64,000 nucleotides of DNA from the NCBI GenBank assembly GCA_031414775.1, contig JANOQI010000041.1, positions 138,727 to 202,726 on the forward strand, written 5' to 3'. Below, one piece after another: positions 20,956 through 30,363 of the stretch; the stretch's first letter is position 1; each line of letters starts with the position of its first letter. The DNA comes from Synechococcales cyanobacterium VAR_4_metabat_354. GTDB taxonomy: Bacteria; Cyanobacteriota; Cyanobacteriia; Cyanobacteriales; Chamaesiphonaceae. Below the pieces are notes generated by a model. The model was not told the DNA's origin, did no database searches, and saw only the letters and a list, made by a program, of their open reading frames with translations. Made by a program: the position numbers and the translations under genes.

Positions 20956-22098
20956 TTAATTATTTAAAGTCAGGTTCAATATGTCTTTGGACATATCATC
21001 CCAAGTGTATCGGCGTAAAGAATCTGACAGGGTAATTGCTTGCGATCGATAGTACTTTTGGTGGCGTTGCCACTGCGTTAATCGATCGACTAAATCGGTC
21101 ACGTTATCGGGATCGGGAAGTAGTAAATCTTGGAGTGTGACGGGGTAGCGTTCGGCGACACCAGCCGTAGCACTCGTAATTGCAGGCAAGCCACAACACA
21201 GAGCTTCATGGACTCCTAATCCATACGCTTCATAGCGAGTCGGTGCTACCAAGCAATCCGCCGCTCGTAAAATTTGGGGAACATCGCTACGAAAGCCCAA
21301 AAACTCGATCCGGTCAGCTAATCCCACCGCTTGAGTCCGTTGTTGCCATAACGGGAGTTCGTTACCCACTCCAATTACCACTAATTGGGCATCCCACTGC
21401 GGATCTTGACAGAGTTGTTGCCATGCCGCAAATAAACTATCGAAACCCTTTCGTCGATCGCCCAAAGCACCGATAAAAGTGATGATCGGACGGTCATGAT
21501 TCCAACCATACTGAATTCTTAATTGTTGTCTTTCCTCATCTGCTGCGGGATAGAAAATATTAGGATCGATTCCATAATAAATCCGCTGAATTTTCTTGGT
21601 CTCGATTTGCAGCAGATCGCTTAAGTGTGTTTGAGTAAGCGTCGAATTAGCAACCGCGATCCGGGCTTTTTTCAAAGCGATTTTCTCAGTTCTGAGCGCA
21701 ATTTGATGATTTAGTTGTTTTTTAGCCTGCGCTGTCAGACTACTCCGATTGTCCGATCGATAGGCCGCATGAACATAATGAACCCAGTTGATATCTGCCC
21801 AAGGACAATTACCACCATTAACAATTACTTGCAAATTTTCTTGTTTACTCAATCGATCGGCCAGCGCTAAAGCCTTTGCCCCTAGCAGTGGAGCACCCAA
21901 AAAATGAGAATTCAAGGGTTTCGATACATAGTGCACCGATACATGGGGCATTGCTGCCAAAGCATCATCTACTTGATAGGCTACCAGATGAAGACTGTAC
22001 CCCTGATGCGCAATATATTCGGCCAGTCCGTAGTTTGCCCGATCCATCCCCCCAGTTTTGACAAAATCTGATGCAACAATTAGAAATGAATTATCCAT
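20956..22098 (-). CDS. Glycosyltransferase family 4
   Basis: RRKGFD and EAYGLGVHEALCCG motifs. Confidence 0.9.
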   Translation of the reverse strand: MDNSFLIVASDFVKTGGMDRANYGLAEYIAHQGYSLHLVAYQVDDALAAMPHVSVHYVSKPLNSHFLGAPLLGAKALALADRLSKQENLQVIVNGGNCPWADINWVHYVHAAYRSDNRSSLTAQAKKQLNHQIALRTEKIALKKARIAVANSTLTQTHLSDLLQIETKKIQRIYYGIDPNIFYPAADEERQQLRIQYGWNHDRPIITFIGALGDRRKGFDSLFAAWQQLCQDPQWDAQLVVIGVGNELPLWQQRTQAVGLADRIEFLGFRSDVPQILRAADCLVAPTRYEAYGLGVHEALCCGLPAITSATAGVAERYPVTLQDLLLPDPDNVTDLVDRLTQWQRHQKYYRSQAITLSDSLRRYTWDDMSKDILNLTLNN

Positions 22099-22221
22099 AG
22101 AGAATATTTCGACACATAAGTTTTAGACTGGTTGGGAATTTACAACTTAACCATGCGTCGATTATCTTACAGATATTTATACCAAAATACTATACTACAC
22201 GAATTACTTTTGACACAACAA

Positions 22222-22247
22222 AGGCACCCTTAGACGAAAGGATGCCT
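22222..22247 (-). terminator. Intrinsic terminator downstream of psbK
   Basis: Minus strand AGGCATCCTT-tcgtct-AAGGGTGCCT followed by TTGTTG. Confidence 0.65.
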
Positions 22248-22269
22248 CGGTATTGAATTCCAATAATTT

Positions 22270-22407
22270 TTAGCGAAAACCAACAGCTGCTTGCCAAACA
22301 AAAGCCAAGGCTAAGAAAAAGATTGGAATAATTGGCAGTACATCAACTAGCGGATCAAAAAAGGCGTAAGCTTCAGGCAACTTGGCCAAGAAAATTAATG
22401 ATTCCAT
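22270..22407 (-). CDS. psbK: Photosystem II reaction centre protein K (45 aa; absent from the ORF track)
   Basis: Manual translation [45 protein letters not shown]. Confidence 0.97.
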   Translation of the reverse strand: MESLIFLAKLPEAYAFFDPLVDVLPIIPIFFLALAFVWQAAVGFR

Positions 22408-22464
22408 ATTTATAATCCCCATTTATATAAAAGATGTACCGATTTTATCATGTTCCCGGCGGCT

Positions 22465-23556
22465 TTAGGGCTGGTCTTTACCTTGCCAAAGTTGCAACGG
22501 ATTACGGAACTTGTCCGCAAACCACGACATATTTTTGTCTGATGACCGGTAAAACAGTAAACCAGTAAAGATGGCTGTTCCAGTCAGACAAATCACCAAT
22601 GTTCGGCGCAGAAATTTAATTCCCGATTTGGACTTTTTCCGAATTTTGGGCTGAGTCGGGTTCTGGGATGATTCTTCATAAACTGCCAAAATTACCCGAT
22701 CCTCTGGCCCTGTTGAATTATCGGGGATCACCACCTCGTCCGGCATCGCTGGTTGATGGCTGATTAGTTCTGGCTGACTAACTGGTGTTGGTGTATTAGA
22801 TATCCAGCTATCGTGACTAGTCCCGTAGAAAATAGGACGTAAAATTACGCCGTCATCCGGTATCAAAGACCAGGGATGTTGCACTGGTCGCCAGTGATGT
22901 TCACTGAGTTCTGGCACCCGACTGCTCAGATGAGTGCGGAGGCTTTCGATCGATAGATCCGGATAAAAACGCAAAGCTTCAATGAGAGCTGCCGTAAAGA
23001 CCCCATGTTTGAGATTTACCGCTTCATGGGAAAACTCATGGCTGTGACAAGAGAGAAAGGTCGGAATATTAAATTCCTGGGATAGCTGAGCAGCTATTTC
23101 CCCAAAACCTTGACCAGAACCGCTGCCTTGACTGCGATTGACATCTAAAAATGTCATCACATCTAGACCCGGCGCACTAAACTGGCGATACAATTTGGCT
23201 AAAGAAATCCCCGTTTGTTCAGCAGTTTGAGGATCTCCATCGACAGGCATCAAATACTCCGTACCATTGACACTGATGCCGTAGCCGCTGAAGAAAAACC
23301 ATAAGAAGTCACCAGGTTGGAGGATTTCCCAACACCAGTTGTTCAGACATTGTTCAATATTGTGGTGATTGGGATAGGTGGAGTTGCCGTTAAAAGGAGT
23401 GGAGTTGTCGGTCATCAACAAACATTTGGCTGGCTCCCAAGCTTCTTCGCTCACAAAATAATCCACCATCGCCTGCGCGTCAGCGCCAGCAAAACTTAAG
23501 GGTTGGAAAAATTGATAACGATCAATTCCAATCGAGATACAAGCGTGCTGAACCAT
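22465..23556 (-). CDS. Caspase-like (C14, orthocaspase-type) protein with substituted catalytic dyad and C-terminal TM helix
   Basis: IGIDRY, FFFSGYG (normally FSGHG), FLDVNRS (normally DACR), GVFTAALIEAL. Confidence 0.8.
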   Translation of the reverse strand: MVQHACISIGIDRYQFFQPLSFAGADAQAMVDYFVSEEAWEPAKCLLMTDNSTPFNGNSTYPNHHNIEQCLNNWCWEILQPGDFLWFFFSGYGISVNGTEYLMPVDGDPQTAEQTGISLAKLYRQFSAPGLDVMTFLDVNRSQGSGSGQGFGEIAAQLSQEFNIPTFLSCHSHEFSHEAVNLKHGVFTAALIEALRFYPDLSIESLRTHLSSRVPELSEHHWRPVQHPWSLIPDDGVILRPIFYGTSHDSWISNTPTPVSQPELISHQPAMPDEVVIPDNSTGPEDRVILAVYEESSQNPTQPKIRKKSKSGIKFLRRTLVICLTGTAIFTGLLFYRSSDKNMSWFADKFRNPLQLWQGKDQP

Positions 23557-23608
23557 TGAGGTAGAAGTTTTGCCACAAAGACTTTCCTCGATTTTACACT
23601 CACCAACT

Positions 23609-24067
23609 TCACAAGTTTTCGATAGCTGCTAAATTTACGACATAATACTGACAGTCTGTAGTAATGGTCGCTGTAATTCCTGGCAAATCGTGAATTGGTA
23701 ATATCGCAGAAGATTTAACGGTTTGAGTGGCCGGTGGCGAATCGATCGCTAAGACTACCACTTGGTCATGAGCTGCCCGTCCGAGCAACAGATGTTGATG
23801 CGAGTTTTCGACATTTGTCAGCGAAGTCTGTCCAAACAGCACCTGTCCGGCATCCCACACCGCCAGCTTATGACCTTTATATTGAATGACTTGACGACTT
23901 GATGATTGAGCCGGATCAGTATTCTCGGTCATGATTATCACCTTAATGAGCTGATCGATCGATACAGCACAAAACTGCGAACCGAGCTGAAAAGTAATAA
24001 ATTGGTGAGTAGTTTCCGCAACTTGATCGGTGAGACGGCGCAGTCGCAAAGGCGAAAAAATAGCCAT
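23609..24067 (-). CDS. CheW-like protein
   Basis: FITFQLGSQFCAVSIDQLIKVI beta-strand pattern; next to the chemosensory operon. Confidence 0.75.
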   Translation of the reverse strand: MAIFSPLRLRRLTDQVAETTHQFITFQLGSQFCAVSIDQLIKVIIMTENTDPAQSSSRQVIQYKGHKLAVWDAGQVLFGQTSLTNVENSHQHLLLGRAAHDQVVVLAIDSPPATQTVKSSAILPIHDLPGITATITTDCQYYVVNLAAIENL

Positions 24068-24279
24068 ATTTAGTATTGATTAATATTGATTTGGGCGGGG
24101 CTGCTTTCAAAATACCCGGAACGATCTCCAAATATCTCATTGCTGATTGTAATAAATTAACTAGCCCTGGGAAACATAGGTATATCGATCCCACTTTGAC
24201 CACCTCAAGGATACTGAGGAACGATGTTGCAGCTGTTTATGCAGCTACGCCCCCCTAGCTAATACATATTTAGTAAGCA

Positions 24280-25509
24280 ATGGATTCAGTAATTAGCAAT
24301 GCCGACGCTTGTAAAGTTGGCGAACGATTAGCGCCGGTCAAAATCCTCGAAAAACTGGCTCAAAATAGCGCTAACGGTTTTCTGATGGCTACCTATGCCG
24401 AAATAAACTGGTTTATCTATTTCGTAGATGGCAAAATCTTTTATGCGAACCACTCCTTAGAACCTTTTGAAAGATTAGAGCTACATCTGCGCCGGATTGG
24501 TAAAATCCACAATCTAGAAATTGATCAGCAACTTTACCTCGATCTGCGCAACCATTTTGCGGAGGCTAAGTTAGAGAGCTTTTATCCGAGCTGTGACTAC
24601 CAAGCTATTTGCTCACTGGCCAACAAAGATCGATTGAGCGAGCAGCATGCGATCGAACTAGTGCGTGCCATTACCAAAGAGTCTCTCCGTACCTTTTTGC
24701 TCTTGAATGATACCAATAGCCGCTTTATTGCCAAAGACCAAGCTGAGAATGTGCTGTGGTCTACTAATTTTCTATTACAATCTAAGGATTGCCAACAGGA
24801 GAATGAAGCCTGGAAAGCTCTTGGACCCGAAATCACTAGCTCTTATCAGCGGCCACACCTGATTAATGGCGGTGCTAGCTTAACGACCGATGTGCGCGAT
24901 CGACTTAACAAAATCTTGGTAGGTTTCGATTTCCATCAGCTATCGCTGGTGATTAACCAAGATAGTTTAGAAATCGCCAAAAGTTTACATAAGCTAATTC
25001 ATTCTGGAGTAGTGGGCTTATGGGACCCCCGCGAACCGCTCAATAAGCTACCCAAAACCTATAACCTGTCGGCGACCGAAACCAAATGTTTAAAAGCCAA
25101 TCCACCACCCCAATCTCCGGCTGAATCCACCGCCTCTAGTAAGGTCTATAAAATAGTTTGTATCGATGATAGTCCTACTGTGCTGCGGGAAATGAACAGA
25201 TTTTTGGATGGTGACGTTTTTCAAATCTTTCCGATCATCGATTCAGCCACCGCACTCATGAAAATCATGCGAATTAATCCAGACGTGATTTTGATGGATG
25301 TCGGGATGCCCAATATTGATGGCTACAAGCTCTGTTCCATGCTGCGCCGCAATTCGATGTTCAAGAAAGTACCAATCATCATGGTGACGGGCAATACCGG
25401 CTTAATCGATAGAGCTAAGGCTAAAATGTCTGGCGCTAATGACTATATGACGAAACCATTTACCCAAGCTGGCTTGATTGAAATTGTCTTTAAGCATCTG
25501 TTGGAGTGA
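24280..25509 (+). CDS. PatA-type response regulator (PixG-like)
   Basis: N-terminal PATAN-like domain; C-terminal receiver CIDDS...MDVGMP...YMTKPF. Confidence 0.88.
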   Translation: MDSVISNADACKVGERLAPVKILEKLAQNSANGFLMATYAEINWFIYFVDGKIFYANHSLEPFERLELHLRRIGKIHNLEIDQQLYLDLRNHFAEAKLESFYPSCDYQAICSLANKDRLSEQHAIELVRAITKESLRTFLLLNDTNSRFIAKDQAENVLWSTNFLLQSKDCQQENEAWKALGPEITSSYQRPHLINGGASLTTDVRDRLNKILVGFDFHQLSLVINQDSLEIAKSLHKLIHSGVVGLWDPREPLNKLPKTYNLSATETKCLKANPPPQSPAESTASSKVYKIVCIDDSPTVLREMNRFLDGDVFQIFPIIDSATALMKIMRINPDVILMDVGMPNIDGYKLCSMLRRNSMFKKVPIIMVTGNTGLIDRAKAKMSGANDYMTKPFTQAGLIEIVFKHLLE

Positions 25510-25600
25510 TTGGAGCTTCCGCTAGCCTTTTGGGGAAAGCTAACTATTAAGTGTTATTAATCATCATCTCATCTATATATCTCAGGAGCAATTTATCAAC

Positions 25601-25963
25601 ATGGTGAAAGTTTTAGTCGTCGAAGACACCCCTGCTCAAATGGAGCTAATCACTTTGTATCTCAAAAACAATGGCTACAGTGTTTTTACTGCCAACAATG
25701 CTAAAGATGGCTTGGTGATGATCGAGCAGGAAAACCCTGACGTAGTTGTTACTGATGTAGTAATGGAAGGAATGAATGGCTTTGAGATGTGCCGTGCCAT
25801 CAAAAAAAACCCAGCCACCGAAAAAATTCCCGTGATTGCTTGTACTTCTCGGAATACTGACCTTGATCGGATGTGGGGCATGAAACAAGGGGTAGATGCC
25901 TATTTGGGCAAACCATTCACCAGCGAAGAGTTGATCCGGGCTGTTAAATCAGTAGTTAGATAA
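25601..25963 (+). CDS. CheY-like single-domain response regulator (PixH-like)
   Basis: VVEDT, TDVVM, KPF. Confidence 0.9.
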   Translation: MVKVLVVEDTPAQMELITLYLKNNGYSVFTANNAKDGLVMIEQENPDVVVTDVVMEGMNGFEMCRAIKKNPATEKIPVIACTSRNTDLDRMWGMKQGVDAYLGKPFTSEELIRAVKSVVR

Positions 25964-25965
25964 AT

Positions 25966-26466
25966 ATGAAAGTTTCAGATGTGTTGAAACTCAGTGCACC
26001 CACCCCTCAAAAACTAGGGAATGCTCACTTGCGGGTCAGATTAAATGCCGAAACTCCATTAGCGATCGCCATGGAAGCAGTACAAGCCGTAGTCACCATT
26101 CCGACTCAACGGATTACCCCTATGCCTAACATGCCTAAGCATGTTTTGGGACTGGTGAACCGGCGGAGTAAGGTTTTGTGGGTCATCGATTTACCCAGAA
26201 TGTTGGGGCTAGCACCGCTGAATCTGCGACGACCAGAAGTAAATATAGTGTTTTTGGAAGTTGATCAGCAACAATTGGCTTTTGCTGTGCCCCAAATTGA
26301 AGGGGTGATGCGCTTTATGCCAGAGGATGTCATCTCACCTTTGGGCAATTTTAATGCAGCATTGGTTCCCTACCTCCAAGGCTGGCTACCTTACAGTCGA
26401 GACATTCTGCTAGTGGTGAGTGCTCGATCACTAGTCACATCACCGTTGGCTCCTGCCGAGATTTAG
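25966..26466 (+). CDS. CheW protein (PixI-like)
   Basis: ITPMPNMPKHVLGLVNRRSKVLWVIDL. Confidence 0.88.
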   Translation: MKVSDVLKLSAPTPQKLGNAHLRVRLNAETPLAIAMEAVQAVVTIPTQRITPMPNMPKHVLGLVNRRSKVLWVIDLPRMLGLAPLNLRRPEVNIVFLEVDQQQLAFAVPQIEGVMRFMPEDVISPLGNFNAALVPYLQGWLPYSRDILLVVSARSLVTSPLAPAEI

Positions 26467-26527
26467 AGACTGTAAATCTTATTATGGTCGTTATCCTTCA
26501 TCATGATCTATCTCTAAGACTATTACC

Positions 26528-27355
26528 ATGACAAATAACAATTATACTTTTGATCAGCAGTCGGCTCATGGTGTATTAGTTAGCAACAACCGACCAGCCG
26601 AAATTTTGATCGCTCAGGTTAGTACTGGTGAGAACTTAGCTCCTTCCCGGCTTAACGACAATATGTCAGTATTGCTGGGGGCGATTGCTTTCATTGGACT
26701 AGCTGCTGCTATCACAACCTTTGGATTAAAGTGGAAAGCTAACAAGGATGCTGAAGCTATTGCTACTGCGGAGGCTGCTGCTATTGAAGCTGCGGCGGCA
26801 GCGGTGGTGGCTGCCGAACGAGCTAGACAAGAACACCGAGCTAAATTATTTAATCTAGTTGTTTTAGCCAAAACAGAAGGACAGTTGACCGCTCCCCTCA
26901 ATGAAATATTGGCTGAGATTCGCGCCACCATTCAGGCTGATCGAGTAGTTATTTACCGCTTCTTCCCCAACTGGGGCGGACATATTGTATCTGAATCAGT
27001 CGCTGATGGCTATGCGAGCGCCATGAAAGAGCGGATTGTCGATGCTTGTATTCCCCAAGGTAACCGCGATGAATTTGTTCAAGGTCGCACCGTTGCTCAT
27101 ACAAACTTACTTAACTCTGGTTACCACGGCGACCATATGCGCCTCTTCCAACGTCTAGGTATTAGATCGAATCTAGTGGTGCCCATTGTTCATCATAATC
27201 AACTGCTGGGGTTGTTGGTAGCGCATCACTGCTTGAATTTTCATAATTGGACGGCTGAAGAAACTGACTGTCTGGTAGCTGCTGCTGCCGAAATTTCTGC
27301 ACCGATGAATAGTTTTGCCACTCTGGAGAGGAACCAGTACTCAATGGCTACCTGA
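26528..27355 (+). CDS. Membrane-anchored stand-alone GAF protein (DXCIP-type cyanobacteriochrome-like), no output domain
   Basis: TM helix VLLGAIAFIGLAAAITTFGL, Ala-rich helix, GAF with ADRVVIYRF, DACIP, NLVVPI and LLVAHHC. Confidence 0.8.
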   Translation: MTNNNYTFDQQSAHGVLVSNNRPAEILIAQVSTGENLAPSRLNDNMSVLLGAIAFIGLAAAITTFGLKWKANKDAEAIATAEAAAIEAAAAAVVAAERARQEHRAKLFNLVVLAKTEGQLTAPLNEILAEIRATIQADRVVIYRFFPNWGGHIVSESVADGYASAMKERIVDACIPQGNRDEFVQGRTVAHTNLLNSGYHGDHMRLFQRLGIRSNLVVPIVHHNQLLGLLVAHHCLNFHNWTAEETDCLVAAAAEISAPMNSFATLERNQYSMAT

Positions 27356-27383
27356 ATAATTAATGGAATTTATTCAGGTGGCC
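27346..27383 (+). other. 14-bp stem-loop over the stop codon of the GAF gene
   Basis: GGCTACCTGAATAA-N10-TTATTCAGGTGGCC (one G-U pair); no U-tract. Confidence 0.6.
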
Positions 27384-27498
27384 TGTTGCTGCCTGCTATC
27401 AAGCTTTTATATCACCGAAATTTAACAAGCATCTTTTCTACAATCATTAACCACGACAATCTATCTACTATTTCACCACGAGGATTCTTTAAACTGCC

Positions 27499-30318
27499 AT
27501 GACTAATAAAAAACCTACGCCCGACTCCCATGCCCCTTTAACTACCGAAGATGATTTGCCCACTGGCTTTCTCAATTTAATGGATGATATGTCAGCTTTG
27601 GATCAGTCTTTGACATCATCAGAATCTTCTAGTTTGAGTAGTATGTTACCAGCTAGCTATGTAACAACAACATTACCAACCGGGCCGCAATCTTTCAGTC
27701 TCAAAACCAAAGCTGCAATCTTTGCGACCCTAATGGCGATCATCCCAGCCAGCTTAGTGGGTGCCTTGAGTGTTTGGCAAACTAATAGTTTCACCAACCA
27801 ACAAGTCAGTAGCCGCCAACAAGAAAGAGCCGCAGCGATCGCCGATAAATTGAATCGGTTCGTTTTTGAGCGCTTTGGCGACGTCGAAATCATGGCGGCC
27901 TTACCAATTTTTACTGATACTAAATTGGTGACCACTATGGCCAGTGAAGAAAAGTCTCAGCTATTAGACAAATACCGTGATACTTATTTGGTCTACGACA
28001 GCATGGCGGCCTTCGACTTGCAAGGAAATGTGCTGGTGCAAAGTAAAGGAGCCTCTCTGGTCAATCCGGTGAATAGTGACTACTTTAAGCAGGTAGCAAC
28101 TACTGGCAAAACTTATATGTCTAAGCCAGAAGTCGCCAAGGATACTGGCAAAACTGTGGTGTATTTTGCTACTCCTATTAAAAATGGGAGCACCGGTAAA
28201 GTGTCGGGAATTATGCGCACTAGAGCACCGATTGATCGACTAGAAGTCCCCATTAAAAACTTTGCGACTCCGAACGAAGCCTATCACATCGTCGATAGTC
28301 GTAATAATCAATTTTTTATTAGTTCCAACAAAGACTACCTGGGAAAACCAGCTAATAAAGATCTTGAAACAGCCAAAGCCAATGGTACGGCGGAGCATAT
28401 CAATAGTCAAACCAACAAGACCGAAATACTTGCTACTGCGCCTTTCGCTAAGCTACCAGGGATGCCTCAGTTAAGCTGGACGGCAGCGGCTACCGTCGAT
28501 TCTAGTTTCGCTTATCAACAGCGTCAAAATATTCTGTTAGTGCTATTAATTGGAGCGGGCTTAACTTCGATCGCTGCTGCTCTCCTGGCCTCTTCTTTGA
28601 CCCGTAAAGCTATTGATCCACTCTTGGAAACAACTGATGCAGTAGCCAGAATTGGTCAAGGGGACTTCAGTCAGCGGGTTAGTCAAAATCGTAATGATGA
28701 ATTAGGAGAATTGGCGACCAATATCAATGCGATGACTGGTCAAATTGAAGATTTACTACTGAATCAAGCTCATGCCTTGCGCGAATCACAGCTATTAGCA
28801 AAAATTGCTCAAGCCCGCACTGAAGGACAAATAACCGAACCATTGAATGAAATCATGAAAGAGGTTCGTGCGCTACTGCAAGCCGATCGAGTGGTAGTTT
28901 ACCGGTTCTTTCCTAACTGGGGTGGGCACATCGTAGCTGAATCAGTCGGGGCTGGCCATGTTAGTGCGATGTCTGAGCGGATTGTGGATGGTTGTATTCC
29001 TCAAATTTTGCGCGATCAGTATGTCCAAGGTCGGGTGGTTTCTCATCGCAATGTGTTAGAAGCTGGTTATCACCCCGATCATGTCAAATTGTTCGATCGG
29101 CTCGGAATCAAGTCCAATTTGGTTGTTCCTATTGCTCAGGGCGATAGCCTGATTGCTTTGCTAGTAGCCCACCACTGCCATGATTACCACGATTGGACTT
29201 TAGATGAAAGTGATTTATTGCTAAAGGTGGCTGTGAAGTTAGCCGCCCCGATGGCTGGTTTTGCGGTCGCAGAACGTGTCAAATTTGCTGGCGATAAAGA
29301 TCGAGCTGACAATGAAAACCGGCAACGGGAATTAATCCGGCTCTTGGGTGAAATTGAAGGAGCTGCTACGGGAGATTTGACAGTTCGTTCCGAAATCAAC
29401 GAAGGAGAAATCGCGATTGTGGGAGACTTTTTCAACTCTATTATTGAAAACATCCGCGATATTGTGACGACTGTGAAATCATCTACTTCTCAAGTAAGTA
29501 ACTACATGGGTGAAAACGAGATTGAAATTCGCCAGTTAGCGACGGCGGCGACTGCTCAAGCCGAACAGATTAACCTCACTCTCAAGAAGGTCGAAGCTGG
29601 TACGGTTTCGATTCGAGAAGTAGCCACTAGTGCGCAACAGGCGGCACTAGTGGCCAGCTCTGCTACCGCCACCGCTCAACAGGGCGGGCGGGCGATCGAC
29701 AACACTGTCATCAACATTAACCAACTGCGCGATACCGTCGCTGAAACTGCTAAGAAGGTCAAACGATTAGGGGAGTCTTCCCAACAAATTTCTAAAGCAA
29801 TTGGCCTAATTAACCAAATCGCCCTCCAAACAAACCTATTAGCGATTAACGCCAGTATTGAGGCGGCTCGGGCCGGAGAAGAAGGTCGAGGTTTTGCGGT
29901 AGTAGCCGAAGAAGTTGCTCAGTTGGCGACTCAATCAGCCACTGCCACCAAAGAAATTGAAAAAATTGTGGAAACTATTCAACGAGAAACCAGTGAAGTA
30001 ACTCAAGCGATGGAATTAAGCACCACTCAAGTAGTAGAGGGGACGAGAGCAGTCGAGCAAACCAAACTCAGCCTCCAAGAAATTATCGAACAGTCTCAAC
30101 AAATCGATGCCTTCTTGCAGTCGATCGCTACTTCGGCGATTGAACAAGCCGAGTCTTCCGATGCGGTTACTCAGGTCATGACTTATGTAGCGCAAGTCTC
30201 CAACCAAACTTCCACTTCTTCAGAGCAAGTTTCTAACTCGCTACAAGCCACCGCCACTATTACTCGCGAGTTGCAGGCGATCGTCGGTAAGTTTAAAGTC
30301 AACGCTGACCATAACTAA
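27499..30318 (+). CDS. Methyl-accepting chemotaxis/phototaxis receptor: TM-Cache-TM-HAMP-GAF(DXCIP)-MCP signalling domain (PixJ-like)
   Basis: [53 protein letters not shown]. Confidence 0.92.
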   Translation: MTNKKPTPDSHAPLTTEDDLPTGFLNLMDDMSALDQSLTSSESSSLSSMLPASYVTTTLPTGPQSFSLKTKAAIFATLMAIIPASLVGALSVWQTNSFTNQQVSSRQQERAAAIADKLNRFVFERFGDVEIMAALPIFTDTKLVTTMASEEKSQLLDKYRDTYLVYDSMAAFDLQGNVLVQSKGASLVNPVNSDYFKQVATTGKTYMSKPEVAKDTGKTVVYFATPIKNGSTGKVSGIMRTRAPIDRLEVPIKNFATPNEAYHIVDSRNNQFFISSNKDYLGKPANKDLETAKANGTAEHINSQTNKTEILATAPFAKLPGMPQLSWTAAATVDSSFAYQQRQNILLVLLIGAGLTSIAAALLASSLTRKAIDPLLETTDAVARIGQGDFSQRVSQNRNDELGELATNINAMTGQIEDLLLNQAHALRESQLLAKIAQARTEGQITEPLNEIMKEVRALLQADRVVVYRFFPNWGGHIVAESVGAGHVSAMSERIVDGCIPQILRDQYVQGRVVSHRNVLEAGYHPDHVKLFDRLGIKSNLVVPIAQGDSLIALLVAHHCHDYHDWTLDESDLLLKVAVKLAAPMAGFAVAERVKFAGDKDRADNENRQRELIRLLGEIEGAATGDLTVRSEINEGEIAIVGDFFNSIIENIRDIVTTVKSSTSQVSNYMGENEIEIRQLATAATAQAEQINLTLKKVEAGTVSIREVATSAQQAALVASSATATAQQGGRAIDNTVININQLRDTVAETAKKVKRLGESSQQISKAIGLINQIALQTNLLAINASIEAARAGEEGRGFAVVAEEVAQLATQSATATKEIEKIVETIQRETSEVTQAMELSTTQVVEGTRAVEQTKLSLQEIIEQSQQIDAFLQSIATSAIEQAESSDAVTQVMTYVAQVSNQTSTSSEQVSNSLQATATITRELQAIVGKFKVNADHN

Positions 30319-30363
30319 ATTCATCTTTGCTGCCCATCTACTAATCCTTATCCCCGACCCGAG

